From assembly GCF_009914755.1 (NCBI RefSeq), contig NC_060928.1: DNA of 64,000 nucleotides; one strand, written 5' to 3'. This DNA is from the human T2T-CHM13v2.0 reference genome, Homo sapiens. Both the position numbers and the translations under genes were made by a program. Below the pieces are notes generated by a model. The model was not told where the DNA came from, searched no databases, and was given only the letters and a program-made list of their open reading frames with translations. Positions 27,923-41,229 of the stretch are shown one piece after another (the stretch's first letter is position 1; each line of letters begins with the position of its first letter).

Positions 27923-28219
27923 TTTTGTTTTTCGTTTTTTTGAGACAGAGTTTTGCTCTTGTCACCCAGGCTGGAGTGCAGTGACATGATCTCGGCTCAC
28001 TGCAACCTCACTCCCAGATTCAAGTGATTCTCCTGCCTTAGCCTCCTGAGTAGCTAGGATTACAGGCGCCCACCATGCCCAGCTATTTTTTGTATTTTTT
28101 AGTAGAAATGGGGTTTTGCCATGTTGGTCAGGCTGGCCTCAAACTCCTGACCTCAGGTGATCCACCCGCCTTGGACTCCCGAAGCGCTGGGATTACAGGC
28201 AGGAGTCACCGCGCCCGGC
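27923..28219 (-). mobile_element. AluS (Sx/Sq-like), inside a MIR
   Basis: Full dimer; degenerate TSD ttcataaagttt / ttaataaacttt. Confidence 0.96.
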
Positions 28220-28715
28220 ATTAATAAACTTTAAACTCAGACCTGCCACTTACACTCTCCCCTTCTCAGTTTGCTCATTTGTGAAATGGGGTAATCATGG
28301 TTCTTCTCATTTCCCCAATTCCAGCCTTATTTTAAAGGTTAAGTAAAATGCCTAAAATTCAGGCATGAAACACCAAATATGTGTTGATTCATTCTTTTTT
28401 TCAAGCTCTGGAGTATAGTGAGGGATAGGACAGCCCTGGCCTGGCCCCATCCTCACAGGACTCACAGGATCATGAAGGATGCAGTGAATGAGGAGCTGGG
28501 TGCCATGCGAGGACCTGGGTAGGCTGTGAGGGGTGGAGAGAGGACTCAGGCATTCTCAGGAAGGTCAGCAGAGGCTTTCCAGGAGAGACACTAAGTACAT
28601 TCCTAAGGTATGAATGGAAGCAACCAACTTAAAAGGAGGTTACAGGTCAGAAGAGGGGTGGTGAGGGTTCCCAGCAGAGAAGAAGTTTGGCACATATAGA
28701 AAAAAGGCAAGTTGT

Positions 28716-29201
28716 CCTTGCACAGACATATTTATAGCAACACAATTTGCAATTGCAAAAATGTGGGACCAACCCAAATGCCCATCAGTCAACAAGTGGA
28801 TAAAGAACTGTGGTATATAGATATAAAATGGAATACGACTCAGTCATACAAAGGAATGGATTAATGGCATGGGCAGCAACCTGGATGAGAGTGGAGACGA
28901 TTATTCTAAGTGAAGTAACTCAGGAATGGAAAACCAAACATCGTATGTACTCACCCATAAGTGGGAGCTAGGCTATGTGGATTTAAAGGCATAAGAATGA
29001 CACAATGGACTTTGGGGACTCAGGGGGAAAGAGTGTGAAGAGGATGAGGGATAAAAGACTACAAATTGAGTGCAGTGTGTACTGCTCGGGTGATGGGTGC
29101 AACAAAATCTCACAAATCAGCACTGAAGAATTTACTCATGTAACAAAACACTACTTGTTCCCCAATAACCTATGGAAATAAAAAAAGAAAAAAAGAAGAA
29201 G
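28716..29201 (+). mobile_element. L1PB1-like 3' end inserted in a minus-strand L2 (28380-29400)
   Basis: 3'UTR aaaatctcacaaatcagcactgaagaatttactcatgtaac...aacctatggaaataaaa; 13-bp TSD AAAGGCAAGTTGT (28703-28715, 29202-29214). Confidence 0.9.
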
Positions 29202-29412
29202 AAAGGCAAGTTGTTACTTGTCCGGGGAAGGGAAAGACATCTGGCCCTTTTGGATCATGGACTTCAAGGGGAGAAAGTACAAGAGGGAGGTAGGATCAGA
29301 CTGTACCTGTTCTTATAAGCCACCTTTCATTTAGACTTCGAGATCAGACAGAGGCCTTTGAAATATGTTAAACAAGTTATTATTATGACTGGAATTCATT
29401 TAGCAACTTAAA

Positions 29413-29527
29413 AAAATTCAGTGTTTTTTTTAGAGATGGAAGTATGGCCATTTTGCTCAGGCTGGTCTCAAACTCCTGGGCTCAAGCGATCCTCGTGCCT
29501 TGGCCTCCCAAACTGCGGGGATGTGAG
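29413..29527 (-). mobile_element. FLAM_C / free left Alu monomer
   Basis: caggctggtctcaaactcctgggctcaagcgatcc; TSD TCATTT(A/G)GCAACTTAAA 16/17 (29396-29412, 29528-29544). Confidence 0.85.
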
Positions 29528-29957
29528 TCATTTGGCAACTTAAATGCTAGGAGTTCCCTGTGTCAGGAACAATGTGGCTCTCACAAATGGTAGCTTCTGT
29601 TTCTGTTCCTTGGTCCCTTCTCTTGCCCCATCCCCAACCTCTACACCTCTTCTCCATTTTCACAGTTTTGTGAACAGCTTCATCCTCTCCATACCCTTGA
29701 TATTGGTTCTGCCTTCAAGAGAAGACACTTGAGACTTCTGTGTCTGGAGTCAAAGCTGTTCTCCAAAGGCTAAAAACCTTATTAGGAAGAAGTTTTAGAA
29801 GCAGCTCCATCTTTTCCTTGACTTAGAGCTGCTGCACCCACTGTGATGGCTGCTACATGATACATAGAATTGAAGGTTAAAAGCGTTCTAGAAGTCACAG
29901 CATTTCCATGGCCATCTCCTCTCCTGTGCCTCATGGAGAAGGACTGAACTATGGCCA

Positions 29958-30290
29958 TTTATTTATTTATTTATTTGTTTATTTATTCATTTATGTTTTA
30001 GAGACAAGGTCTGTCTCTGTCACCTAAGCTGGAGTGCTGTGATGCCATTATAGCTCACTGCAGCCTCAAATTCCCAGGCCCAAGGATCCTCCCACCTCAG
30101 CCTCCCAAGTACCTGGGACTAGAGGCTTGTTCTGCCATACCTTGCTAACTTTTTAATTTTTTTTTTTTTTTGCAGAGACAGGATCTTGCTCTGTTGCACA
30201 GGCTGGCCTCTAACTCCTGGCCTTAATTGGTCCTCCCACCTCAGCCCCCTGAGTCACTGGGATTAGAGGTGTGAGCCACTACACTCAGCT
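29958..30290 (-). mobile_element. AluJ with (TTTA)n tail
   Basis: J-type features (atagctcactgcagcctcaaa, gatcctcccacctcagcc). Confidence 0.93.
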
Positions 30291-32164
30291 CTTATAGCCA
30301 TCATTTTAACCCAAGTTCCATTTATAACAATGCCTGGTCCAAGATGAATACTCCTTAAATGTAGAAACAAACAACAGATGAGGAAACGGAGGCCCAAAAC
30401 GTGAGTTAGAACCATGGCTTCCTGACTCCCAGTTCTCTGTTTTCGTTAAGAAAATACTTGGGCCACCCTTAATTACAGGGCAGGAGTGTACTTCTTCCCC
30501 ACTCCAGAAGTTCTATTCCACAGGCTGAAAGCACCACGAGGCTAATGCTCTGGCTCCTCTCTGCTCCCTCACTCTCTCACCTCCTGGTGGGCAGGAATGA
30601 CATCATTCCACAGCAGAGTTGAGAAGCTCCGAGTTTAGAGGAAGAAACAGGGCAAGTCCTGCCTAGTCAAGCCCAGACCCTTGTTCTCCCCTCATCAGTA
30701 GGTTCTCTGCTCAGTGCCTTGATCTCTCCATAGAGTAAACATTGCAGTTAGGGCCTGCTCCTCCCTGGGGTGGCCTGTGGGTCTCCACCCTTTCCATCCT
30801 CTTCTTCTTCTCCCTCTTGGACTGAGTTCCTGCAGGGAGCACACATTTATTTTTTAGTCCATATTCAGGTGCAGCAGCCTCTGCCCTGCCCAGGAAAGCT
30901 GCTCTGGCCCAAAATGACCTATGACTGCTGGATGAGTCTGGCTGATTCTGATTGTTCAGATATAAGTGACATTTCCCAAGACAATCTTTACTTGCAATAA
31001 GGCAGAATTTTTTTTCTCCCATCTTCCTTAAGTCTTGTTTATAGCTCTACCTGTTCAAGACTCAAGCTCCACAAGTTGATGCTATTTGGACCCCCTCAGA
31101 AAACCCTGAAAAGCAAATTCCCCCTGGCATCTGAGGGGCTCTGTTCAATGGGACATGTGGGATGTCACGTCAGTATGGCCCCGTGCATGCCTCGCTGACA
31201 GTGCTGGCATGCGTGGAGACACATTCGCATGACATCTTTCCTGGGCTGATCAGGGTTAGCTGCACATCAGGATTTGCAAGAACTACAGACTAGCAAAGGA
31301 CCAAGATCACCTGGCCCTGGGAATTTCCAGAATGGATCCAGCAAAAGCCTTGCAAATTATGAATAGGACCAGCCCCCCACTACTGGTGCTGGAGTTTGTA
31401 GATAAAACCCAGGAAGGGCTCAGCTGTGTTAAAACAGATGTGTCTCATGACTTGCAAAGGAGCTCCCAGGCTGAAGTATTGTGTACTGAGATTTGTCAGG
31501 CTGCCTGGCCCGCTGACCAGAGGGTTTGGAAGGCAGCTGGGCCACTTAGAAAATCTATTGCCTTACATTTGACAACGTAGGAAGAGAGCATCTCATCTCT
31601 CTTGTAGGGTGTGAGGGTCAGTATCCAGGACACTGCTTTTGCACTAGTGGCCAAAATTTAAATCATGTAAAACACTCCAATTTCTTTCCCCACAATGTTA
31701 GAGTGTTAAAGTTAGGGAATAGCATTTCTTATACAATGGCAAAGTAAAATTAAAACTTATACTATAAAATATTGGTTTTAAAGTGATGCATGTTTGACAA
31801 TTAAAAAGAGAATTACAGACAGGCTGTTATGCGCACCAATATATTTCAAAGAGCATCTGACTTTTGAATTCCTCTGCATCCTGAACATTCATTGAAGGAA
31901 TACGTAACATTACTTTCTGACAAAAAAATGAAATAACCTTAATTATACAAAATGTGTAAAATGAAAGCATACACAAGAAACTAAAAATCAGCCTTAATTC
32001 CATCATCAGAGTCAACTACTTTTAATCAGAGAATACTGTATTTTGTAACCTGCCTTTTATCATCCAAAAACTAAATTGTAAACAAATTTGGATATCCTCA
32101 GATAGTTTTAAAACACTATTGTCAATGGCTGAATAGAATTACATTGTGTGGCTGAAAAGTGTAT

Positions 32165-32272
32165 ATACTGTTGGTCACACAAACTAACCCTGATACAATG
32201 TGGAAGAGGCATACAGCATCATTAACATACAGTGAGATTATTAGTGGGGCTTCTTTGAGGATTGCTACCAGA
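32165..32272 (-). mobile_element. MLT1F-like LTR fragment
   Basis: ggtcacacaaactaaccctgatacaatgtggaagagg...gaggattgctacca. Confidence 0.6.
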
Positions 32273-32395
32273 AGCCCCCAATTGACTATGGTTAGGAAGC
32301 ATGCAGGGAAAGCTGTATATACCCCAAGAAGGCGTTTGTGTCCAATGCTCCCTTAGATATGTCCAAACCTCATACATGTTAGAATGGCTACTATT

Positions 32396-32734
<339 letters not shown>

Positions 32735-33001
32735 TGAGAAAAGGGAACCCTTGCACACAGTTGGTCTGAATGTAAAGTAGTACAAACATTATGGAACACA
32801 GTATGGAGGTTCCTCAAAAAATTAAAAAGAGAGCCACCATATGTTCCAGTAGTCTCATTACTGGGTATTTATCCAAAGGAAATGAAATCAGTATGTCAAA
32901 GAGATACCTGCACTCCCATGTTCATTGCAGCAAAATTCACGATAGCTAAGATATGAAATCAACCTAAGTGTCTCAACAGATAGATAGATAAGAAAAATGT
33001 G

Positions 33002-33008
33002 GTGTGTG

Positions 33009-33045
<37 letters not shown>

Positions 33046-33120
33046 ATATTATATATATATATGTGTGTGTATATATATATGTGTGCATATATATATACAC
33101 ATATATATATACACACACAC
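33002..33120. repeat. (TA)n/(TG)n/(CA)n compound microsatellite
   Basis: Seen directly. Confidence 0.95.
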
Positions 33121-33272
33121 AATGGAGTACTATTCAGCCTTAAACAACAAGGAAACTTTGTCACTTGTGACAACATGGATAAACATGGAGGAAATTATGT
33201 TAAGCGAAGTAAGGCAGTTGCAGAAAGACAAAATACCAAAAGATCTCACTTATATGTGGAATCTAAAAGAGT

Positions 33273-33631
33273 TGTATTAGTCAGTTCTCATGCTGCTAAT
33301 ACAAGACATACCCAAGACTGAGTGATATACAGGAAAGACGTTTAAGGGACTCACAGTTCCACTGGTCAGGAGGCCTCACAATCATGGTGGAACGCAAGGA
33401 AAGAGCAAAGGCATGTCTTACACGGTGGCAGACAAGAGTGTGTGCAAGGGAACTGCCCTTTTTAAAACCATCAGATCTCGTGAGACTTATTCATTATCAC
33501 GAAAACAGCACAGGAAAGACCCAGCCCCATGATTCATTTGCCTCCCACCAGATTCCTCCCACAATATGTGGAGATTATGCGAGCTACAATTCAAGATGAG
33601 CTTTGGGTGGGGACACAGCCAAACCATATCG
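33273..33631 (-). mobile_element. THE1B/C solo LTR
   Basis: tgtattagtcagttctcatgctgctaat...gggtggggacacagccaaaccatatc; TSD AGAGT/AGGGT. Confidence 0.92.
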
Positions 33632-33869
33632 AGGGTTGAACTCATAGAATTAGAGAGTAGAATGGTGGTTATCAGAGGTTTACAGGGATGTGGAGTAGTT
33701 GAGATGATGTTGGTCAAAAGATACAAAATTTTACTTAGCAAAATTTTAATTAGCTAAATTTAGCCATTCCACATGTATACATATTTCAAAACAACTTGTA
33801 TACCATAGCAGTTTTTATTTGTGAATTAAAATTTTTACAAAAATTATAATGGGAAGAAAACACATTGCA

Positions 33870-35145
33870 AAGATTGGATTCAAGGGCCAGAAGAACAGTG
33901 GGCTGGGGAGCTACTCCCAGGGAGAACCAGGGACTGATCAAGGAGCCTTTCCCGTCCCAGGACAGTGGATGATCACTGTTTGCCCAGGAGAATTTCAAAA
34001 TTGTTATTGCCTGGTGACTGCTCTGTTTCTTCTTATTTTCCCCTTTACAAATGAGGGTGTTGATTGTGGTTATCCTGTCCCTTTCCATCCAGCACATTTT
34101 GGGTGTGTGGAGAAATATCATCTATCATTTTAGTTTATAGGTCTCTGGATAAGAGGAGCCACCTTCAGATCTGAGGTGGAAACCATTGTAAGATGGACCT
34201 TGAGCCTGGTAATATTTTTAGATGAGACATTGTTTGGGTATTTTGTTTCTGAACGGAAGGGAAGTGAGTATTTGTGTCTGAAAGGGTGGACTGCAATATT
34301 AATATAGTTTGACTATGTCCCCACCCAAATCTCATGTTGAGTTATAATCCCCATAATCCCCACTTGTTGAGGGAGGGACCCAGTGGGAGGTGATTGGATC
34401 ATGGAGCGGTTTCCCCCCATGCTGTTCTCGTGATAGTGAGCAGGTTTCCACGAGATCTGACAGTTTTATAAGGCAGTTTTCCTTGCTCTTGCTAGCTCTC
34501 TGTTTCTTACCACCATGTGAAGGAGGTCTTTGCTTCCCCTTCACCTTCTGCTATGATTTATAAATTTCCTGAGGCCTCCCCAGCCATGCAGAACTGTGAG
34601 TCAATTAAACCTCTTTTCTTTATAAATTATCCAGTCTTGGGCAGTTTTTTATAGCAGTGTGAAAACAGACGAATATAAGTATATTTCACTGTTGCTTAAA
34701 AAGTAGTAACTTCCCCTTTCCTACCTTCCTGGAAAGAGTATATTTTGGTTGCACCAAAAGATTTGTACTCTTTTGTACAGAGGACCATGTCACATGGCCA
34801 AGCCCAGTGGTTGTTGGGCTTGGTCATGTGACATGGTTTGGCCAATGGAATGGGAAGAAGTGTGGATGTGCCCTTTCTAAGCAGAAGCTAAGACAGTCAC
34901 TGCAAGTTTCCCCCAGGTCCACCAGGACTCTTGCACTCCTGCCCTCTACCTTAAGAATGTCACAGTCTTTCTCCTTGTGAGTCCTAGAATGAGTAGATAG
35001 GGTAGGCCATCCTGAATGAACCCATTGCTTAGAGCAGAACCCAAGCACCTGATATGAATGTGAACCAAACACTAGTTGTTGTAAGTCACTGAAACATTTA
35101 GGTCATTTCTCACATGACATCACCACAGTGCAACTTAGAGAATAC
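33870..35145 (+). mobile_element. MLT1 provirus remnant: internal 3' part (to ~34291, purine tract aaagggtggac) plus 3' LTR (MLT1J/I-like) split by THE1
   Basis: MLT1-int-like ttgattgtggttatcctgtccct...ttttagtttataggtct; LTR motifs catgtgacatggtttggccaatggaatg, gttgttgtaagtcactga, end aataca. Confidence 0.7.
34300..34677 (+). mobile_element. THE1D-type solo LTR
   Basis: tgtccccacccaaatctcatgttga...tcctgaggcctccccagccatgcagaactgtgagtcaattaaacctc; TSD AATAT/AGTAT. Confidence 0.92.
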
Positions 35146-35249
35146 AAAGAGAAGACATTTAGAATGGTGGGTAGGTTGAAATAGATTTTGGAGGACCTTG
35201 ACTAGTTATCTGAAGAATTGTTTAATTTGTGTATGATCGAGAAACTACT

Positions 35250-35420
35250 TATTAGTTTTTATTGCAGCAAAATATGCAAAACATAAATTTCTCCATTTTA
35301 GCATTAAGTATTCAGTCCAGTGGCATTAAGTACATTCACCTTGCTATGTAACCATCACTGCTATCCATCTCCATAACACTCTCATTATCCCAATGGAAAG
35401 ACTATACCCATTAAATAATC
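35250..35420 (-). mobile_element. L1MB-age 3' end fragment
   Basis: cagtggcattaagtacattcaccttgctatgtaaccatcactgctatccatctcca. Confidence 0.75.
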
Positions 35421-36479
35421 GTTGAATATTTTTGTAGAAAGGAAGACCTGTTTTTACATTTTTGAGCAACCAACACTTTATAATGTGTGCTAAGACAAAT
35501 GATCACAATATTTTCATTGATGTTTTCCCTTTCTACATTTCCTGTGGCCCTGATTCAAACTGTGGAAAAGCCATCAGCAATGCCTCACATCAAGGAATTT
35601 CTTACTAATATAAAAACAGAAATTCCCAGACATTAATGTCACTTTCTGTTTTTTTGTAAAGGTCTAGGCTCATTGGGAACCATCTTTGTGGAAAAGAGGG
35701 GGCAGAAATAGTGAAGCTCCCGGGGCAAGGAGTGAAGGTGGGGAAGAGAAAGGCAGAGAAGAAAAAGGCAGAACAAGGGAAGTGAGAAAGTGATTGTGTG
35801 AGTTTGAAAGGAGGTAGCTGCCCTCTGGATGAAGAGCACTGGCACCTTCCCTTATTATGGTCCGCTCTGTTCTGCCACAGACCCCTGGATGGCCAGCAAA
35901 GCCATCAGACTTCCAGGAGCCACAGTGCTGGAGGTAATGAGGGTGTCACAGTGGCCAGGACAGCATGAAGGTCAGAGGCCCTGGCTCTTTCTTCTAATGG
36001 ACATTTAAACCTCCAGACATCTGGAACCCACCCTGCAGATGATGAGGTTCAACATAGACTGAGATTAGATTTCCCACCAAGCTAGGGGGAGGCGTCATAT
36101 TTAATTTGATTTAAATAAGGTAGGGCTGTACATCTGACTTTGTGGATAACATTTTCACCTCTTTTGGATGCATTACATCTTTTTTCTGAGGTTGGTGTTA
36201 TGAATCTCACTTTTTTCACAAAAGCAGAGAGTAAAGCTGAAGGGGCTAGGGCAACTTAAGCAAAGCCATTTTTTTCTTCTACATAGCATGGTTATAATTA
36301 GAACCCAGCCCAACTGGTAAATGCTAACATCTAGCTTTCCAGAACCTCATCCGAAGAGTTCTTCAGGGCATAAATGCCTATTGTAGGGTTATTATCTAAA
36401 GGACATTAGAAGAGAACCAGATGATTATTAATCTGCAGAAGAGCCCTGTCTCCTCCTTTATATATTTGCCAGTATCAAT

Positions 36480-37260
36480 TGCCCAGGAGTCTAGAGATGA
36501 ATTATTCTTTGTTCTAAAGTCTTTCTTCAATCACTACCAGCCAGTGACTTATAAATATAAAACACGTTGACTAAGAATAATTATAGAAAAATATATTACA
36601 GAGCATGACAATAAAAGCAACAACAACTGACACACTAAGTTCAGAGGTAAAGAGAAAAAATAATAAAAATTTTTTAAACAGATCAAACAGTTGAACATTC
36701 ATATAATTGAAAAATAACTTTATGTGTTAAATTTTAAGATAGAAAAACAAACATTTGGCAAATTTAATCAAGAAAATATTATAAACAAACTGGAGGCTGG
36801 AAGAGTAATACAACAAACATATGATTCACTATTGTAAAAAAAAAAATGTGTACTAAGCTATCTTAAAAATGTACTGCTGAGTTTAGCACATTGTACTATA
36901 ATTGCCAGTTTATTTGCCCATCTCTTCAATACTAAGTTTTTGAAGGCGGAGTCTCTGTAGTCCTTGTCTTTGTTACCCCAAGTACCATGACCAAACACAA
37001 TAAAACTAAATAAAAACCCATGTAGTTCTAGCAGTTGGGGGCTTTCAATAAATAATAATGAGTGTGTTATTTTTTCAAAATGTATATATCTCAAAGTAAC
37101 TGAAGAAAATGGAAACATAAATAGGACAAGAACAAAGAAGCAACTAAAAAGTTATAGAAAATTGTTCCTATTGTATGATTTATGAGTTATTTAAGACTTA
37201 AAAGGAGAAACATATGTTATTTTTGAAGGCACACAAAGTGAACTCAATTCATATTATAAA
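36480..37260 (+). mobile_element. Ancient L1M ORF2 fragments
   Basis: A-rich, degenerate L1 motifs (aagatagaaaaac...tggcaaatttaatcaagaaaa; gaagaaaatggaaacataaatagg). Confidence 0.45.
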
Positions 37261-38059
37261 ACTAATATAATTTAGAATTAAATAATAATTTTAAAAATGT
37301 CTCTTAGATTGATGCTAAATGAAAGACACATTGCAGAGCTAAGTCAGGGTCTTTACATATAAAAAGTCTGAGCTTTAAATACAGCTTCTACTTTTTACTA
37401 AGCATAAGGTCTAATGTGAGTTTCTGAGTTCCTGTCAGAACTCAGATTCTGCATTCATAATGTAGCAATGACATTGTTTTTGTTCAGCTGATTTTCCTAG
37501 GTAGCAACCTAGTCCATCACAAATGATAACGTTGCCTTATTTAAAATAGGCATCATTTTATTGTTTCGTGGTTTATTCCATTAGCTGGAAATTATAGGAT
37601 GTGTTTATATTCTATGTCAGTGTTCGATACTATAGACCATAAACTGTTGCTGTTTGCTGTTAAGTACCTGACAAGTCTGATGGGGTGGGCATTTATTACC
37701 TGCCTACGCCAACAGTTAGTCACTTCATTAGCTAACTAGACCTCCAGTTTCTTCATCTATAAAGGAAAGTGGAAGAACTAAATCAATTTCTATACAGCAT
37801 TCAATTTCAAAATAGTTTGGAAAATATAAGTAGAGTTTGGACCTTAAAGCGATACTTTTCTCATCTTTCAGAGGAAATCATTTTTATATTCAAAATTACA
37901 GATGTATTCAGTGAGAGAAATTGGCCTAGAATGCACATCTCATGAATTCAATGTTTTGTACCTTCTACCAGAATAGTAGTTCCTTCTAAACATTTGAATG
38001 GCTTAGGTCCCTTTAAAAATATAATGAAATCTGTTGACCTTTTCTCTGTGAGTGGGGAA

Positions 38060-38382
38060 GAATATACAAATTTATATATGTATGTTATATATGTTTATAT
38101 ATACAATTTATATATAAATATATAATATTTATATATTATATATAATATATATACAATATATAAATTGTATATATAAATATATAATAAAGTATATAAAATT
38201 ATATGTATTAAAATCATATGCAGATTTTATTTCCACTTGTGTTTCTATATGTAGATGTGCATGAATTTATATACATATTTATAATATATATTTTATATAT
38301 TATATGAATTTATATATATGTATATAAATTCATGCACATCTCCATATAGACAAACAAATGGAAATAAAATCTGCATCTGATT
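38060..38382. repeat. AT-rich tract holding two inverted repeats (22-bp and 67-bp arms)
   Basis: Arms 38094-38115/38156-38177 are perfect; arms 38212-38278/38316-38382 match 62/67. Confidence 0.9.
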
Positions 38383-40984
38383 CCTGGGAATCCCCACATG
38401 TCTGAATCCTGTCCTTGGAAGTCCAACACCATAGGTTAGGAGCCTTTGTCCTAGGCCTTTGTGGGTTTGACAAAATATAAAAGCAGTTCTGAAATTTTAG
38501 AAATATTTTTTCAAAATTACTTCCAATATTTTAGTGTTGAAAGAATTTAAAAAGAATGGTTGCGGATATTTTTCTTACAAAACTGGTATGATATCTTCTG
38601 AGTAGGACATCCCTCTCCCACACTCTATCCTTCCCAGAGTTTGGGTGAAGTGAGAGGGTTTGTTGAAGGCCACATGCTTTATATCCTATACAGGATCCCG
38701 TCAATTCAAGGACAATCATTATTATATCCTTCATACTGCGAATGGTGGACCTGGAAGTGACTTCAGATCTCCTCTAGTTCAGATCCCTTACTTGGCTAAT
38801 AAAGGAAAGTGAGGCCAAACAAAGGGAAGACATGTGCTCAAGGCCGCACAATTCATCTTAGTCTTTCCCAGTTAACTAGCTTCAGACTCTTTGGGAAATG
38901 TTAAATTAATATTCTTATGATTTATTAAGAGCATTAAACTCCAGTATTGTTTCTTATAACCTATTCTGCTGCAGAGATAATGCAGTAATTATCCTGCATT
39001 GGAGTATACTTGTTGTGCTTGGAGTATACTTGTTTTGCAGTTTTTTGCTTTTATTTGGTAGAATGCATAACAGCACCACAAAATGATTACTTCTTCAAAA
39101 CTTTTTCCAGTGTTCAATACCTGTGATTCATCCCCAAAACTGAGATATCCTGTTTCTCTACACTCCATCTGCACTTGGATAGAAGGGCATGTATTCATTT
39201 TCACCTCATCAGTCTTACTGAAATTGCCTTCTCTCAGACATCCTTGAACTTGTGAGTTTATGACAATGGGGCACATTGTGTTGTAATGGAGAGGAAAAAA
39301 ATCTGTGATTTGAAAGTGGTAAAATGCAAGTATCATATGCAAGGCTTCAGCAACCAGAGAAAAGAACAAAAAATTCTCCTGGTTGAAGTAGGACTAAAGG
39401 TGGTCCAAGAGTTTGTGAATAAATGATATCGAAGGAGAAAAATTAGCATGTAATCAGAAGAAAAAAGAAGGCCAACACTCTGGGGTTCTGACTCCTATAT
39501 TGAACTGAATACAATTTCAGATTTCCTGGAACATTTTGCAGTTACATTAGGAACACCAGTTATATGTGTTTGCTTCACATAAGAAGGGCTCAAGTACCAC
39601 AGCAGTAAACAAATAAATAAATAAAAGAAGGTGTAGGGAAAATTGGGCATTTCTCAAAATCAAGTCAAAAGAGGAATGATTGAATCAGAAGAGGGAAGCA
39701 GGTAGCAGCCTATAGATGTGTCAAGACCCCAGAGGGGTCTTGCAAAGGCCCCAAACCTTTGCAGAATCCCATTAAGACACACAACTAATAATTTTCTAGC
39801 ATTTCAGCAGCTCTCCAACTCAACTAGTTGACAACTGCTGTGAAGTACTTTGCTGGGATATTAAATTCTACTTTATTCTTTGTTCTTGCTGTGTTTTTTC
39901 TGGCTTTGATTTAAGCCCTTGGGCCACCCTTTCCTTAGAGGCAGTTGGTGTTGCAAGACTAAAAGCAGAATTGTCCGAAGTTAATCTCCTTTTGTAGCTT
40001 CAGCCTTTGCACCAAAACAAAAGCAGAGTTTTCTCTTTGACCTGGAAGCCTAAAGGATCCTCAGGAACCACAGATAAAAATTTGATACCTTATCCAAGCC
40101 CAAGGGAGCTTATGGTTAGGTTTAAATTGATTTGAAGAAACGATCACAACCCACAACCTGTCTTAAGTATTTGTGACTCGAAATTCCTAATCTCTAACTA
40201 TTTCTTTCTCCGCTTTCTGCCTTCATGTTGCCCTCCACCCTGACGCCCACTGTGTCTTCTGTGGCTGGCTCTGCACTCGAAGGAAAGCCAGACAGGCCAT
40301 GTGGCTTGGAAACTGAAGGGACCTAGAGGTCATTTGATCCACGCTATCAATTTACAGAGTGAATGGAGAATCCGGCCCACTTTCCTGGGATCACAGGGCT
40401 CTGTTCTTTATTGCAGATTCCAGACTAATCCCGTGTTTCCCAACTCTCTTCAAGACATATAAAATAACTGGCATTCCTATATGAAGGGTAGGTTCTCCAA
40501 GGAGACATGATGCTCTCTAGGTTCAGTATCTTCTGCTCAGTGAGACCAGGCACTACTCAATGCATTGGAGAGGGGAAAATGACTATTGGTACATAAGCCA
40601 TTGGGGTATTTATCAAAGACTCAGCTCCAATGCCACCACTTCCTCCTACATGGAGATGTTTCTGGCTCCCACAGTCAGAATTCACTGCTCTCTTGTCCGC
40701 ATATCCAGAAACCCTTTTCATCATCATGCTGCATTCTAAATAGTGAGGGTGCTCAGTGATTTTCACAGAAAACCAGGATTGTGCTGTATTCATCTTTGTT
40801 CTAATCATAGTACTCAGTTCATTCTCTGGCCAGGAGTAGATTCTACCTAAAGCCTTGATGAGTAGGATTAAGCTAATAGAATCTAATTATATCTCAAATT
40901 ACATTTCTGCAATGACAACCTATATAATCAATTTCATAAAATGTTTGAAAGACTGTCATATGAAGCTTAAAACTTAAAGAAAAC

Positions 40985-41160
40985 CCTAACATTAGTGAGC
41001 ACTTACCATGTGTCAGGTCGGATGCTAAATCCTTTATATGGATGATCTCATTTAATCTTTACAGAAATCTTATGAAGTAGATGTCATTATTACCCTCTCT
41101 TTACCGAAGAAAAAGCTGAGACACAGGAAGCTGAAATAAATTTGCTCACTCATACGCAGC
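40985..41160 (-). mobile_element. MIR
   Basis: gagcacttaccatgtgtcagg...atctcatttaatcttt...gctgagacacaggaag. Confidence 0.75.
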
Positions 41161-41229
41161 AATATGACATTTTGGATTTGTTCCACGTGAAATGAAACAC
41201 CAAATAGAACATGAATTGAAGACTGGAAA

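Noticed and set aside
30650-30669. p53 response element (GGGCAAGTCC TGCCTAGTCA)
   Set aside because: Second decamer has three mismatches; expected by chance in 64 kb.
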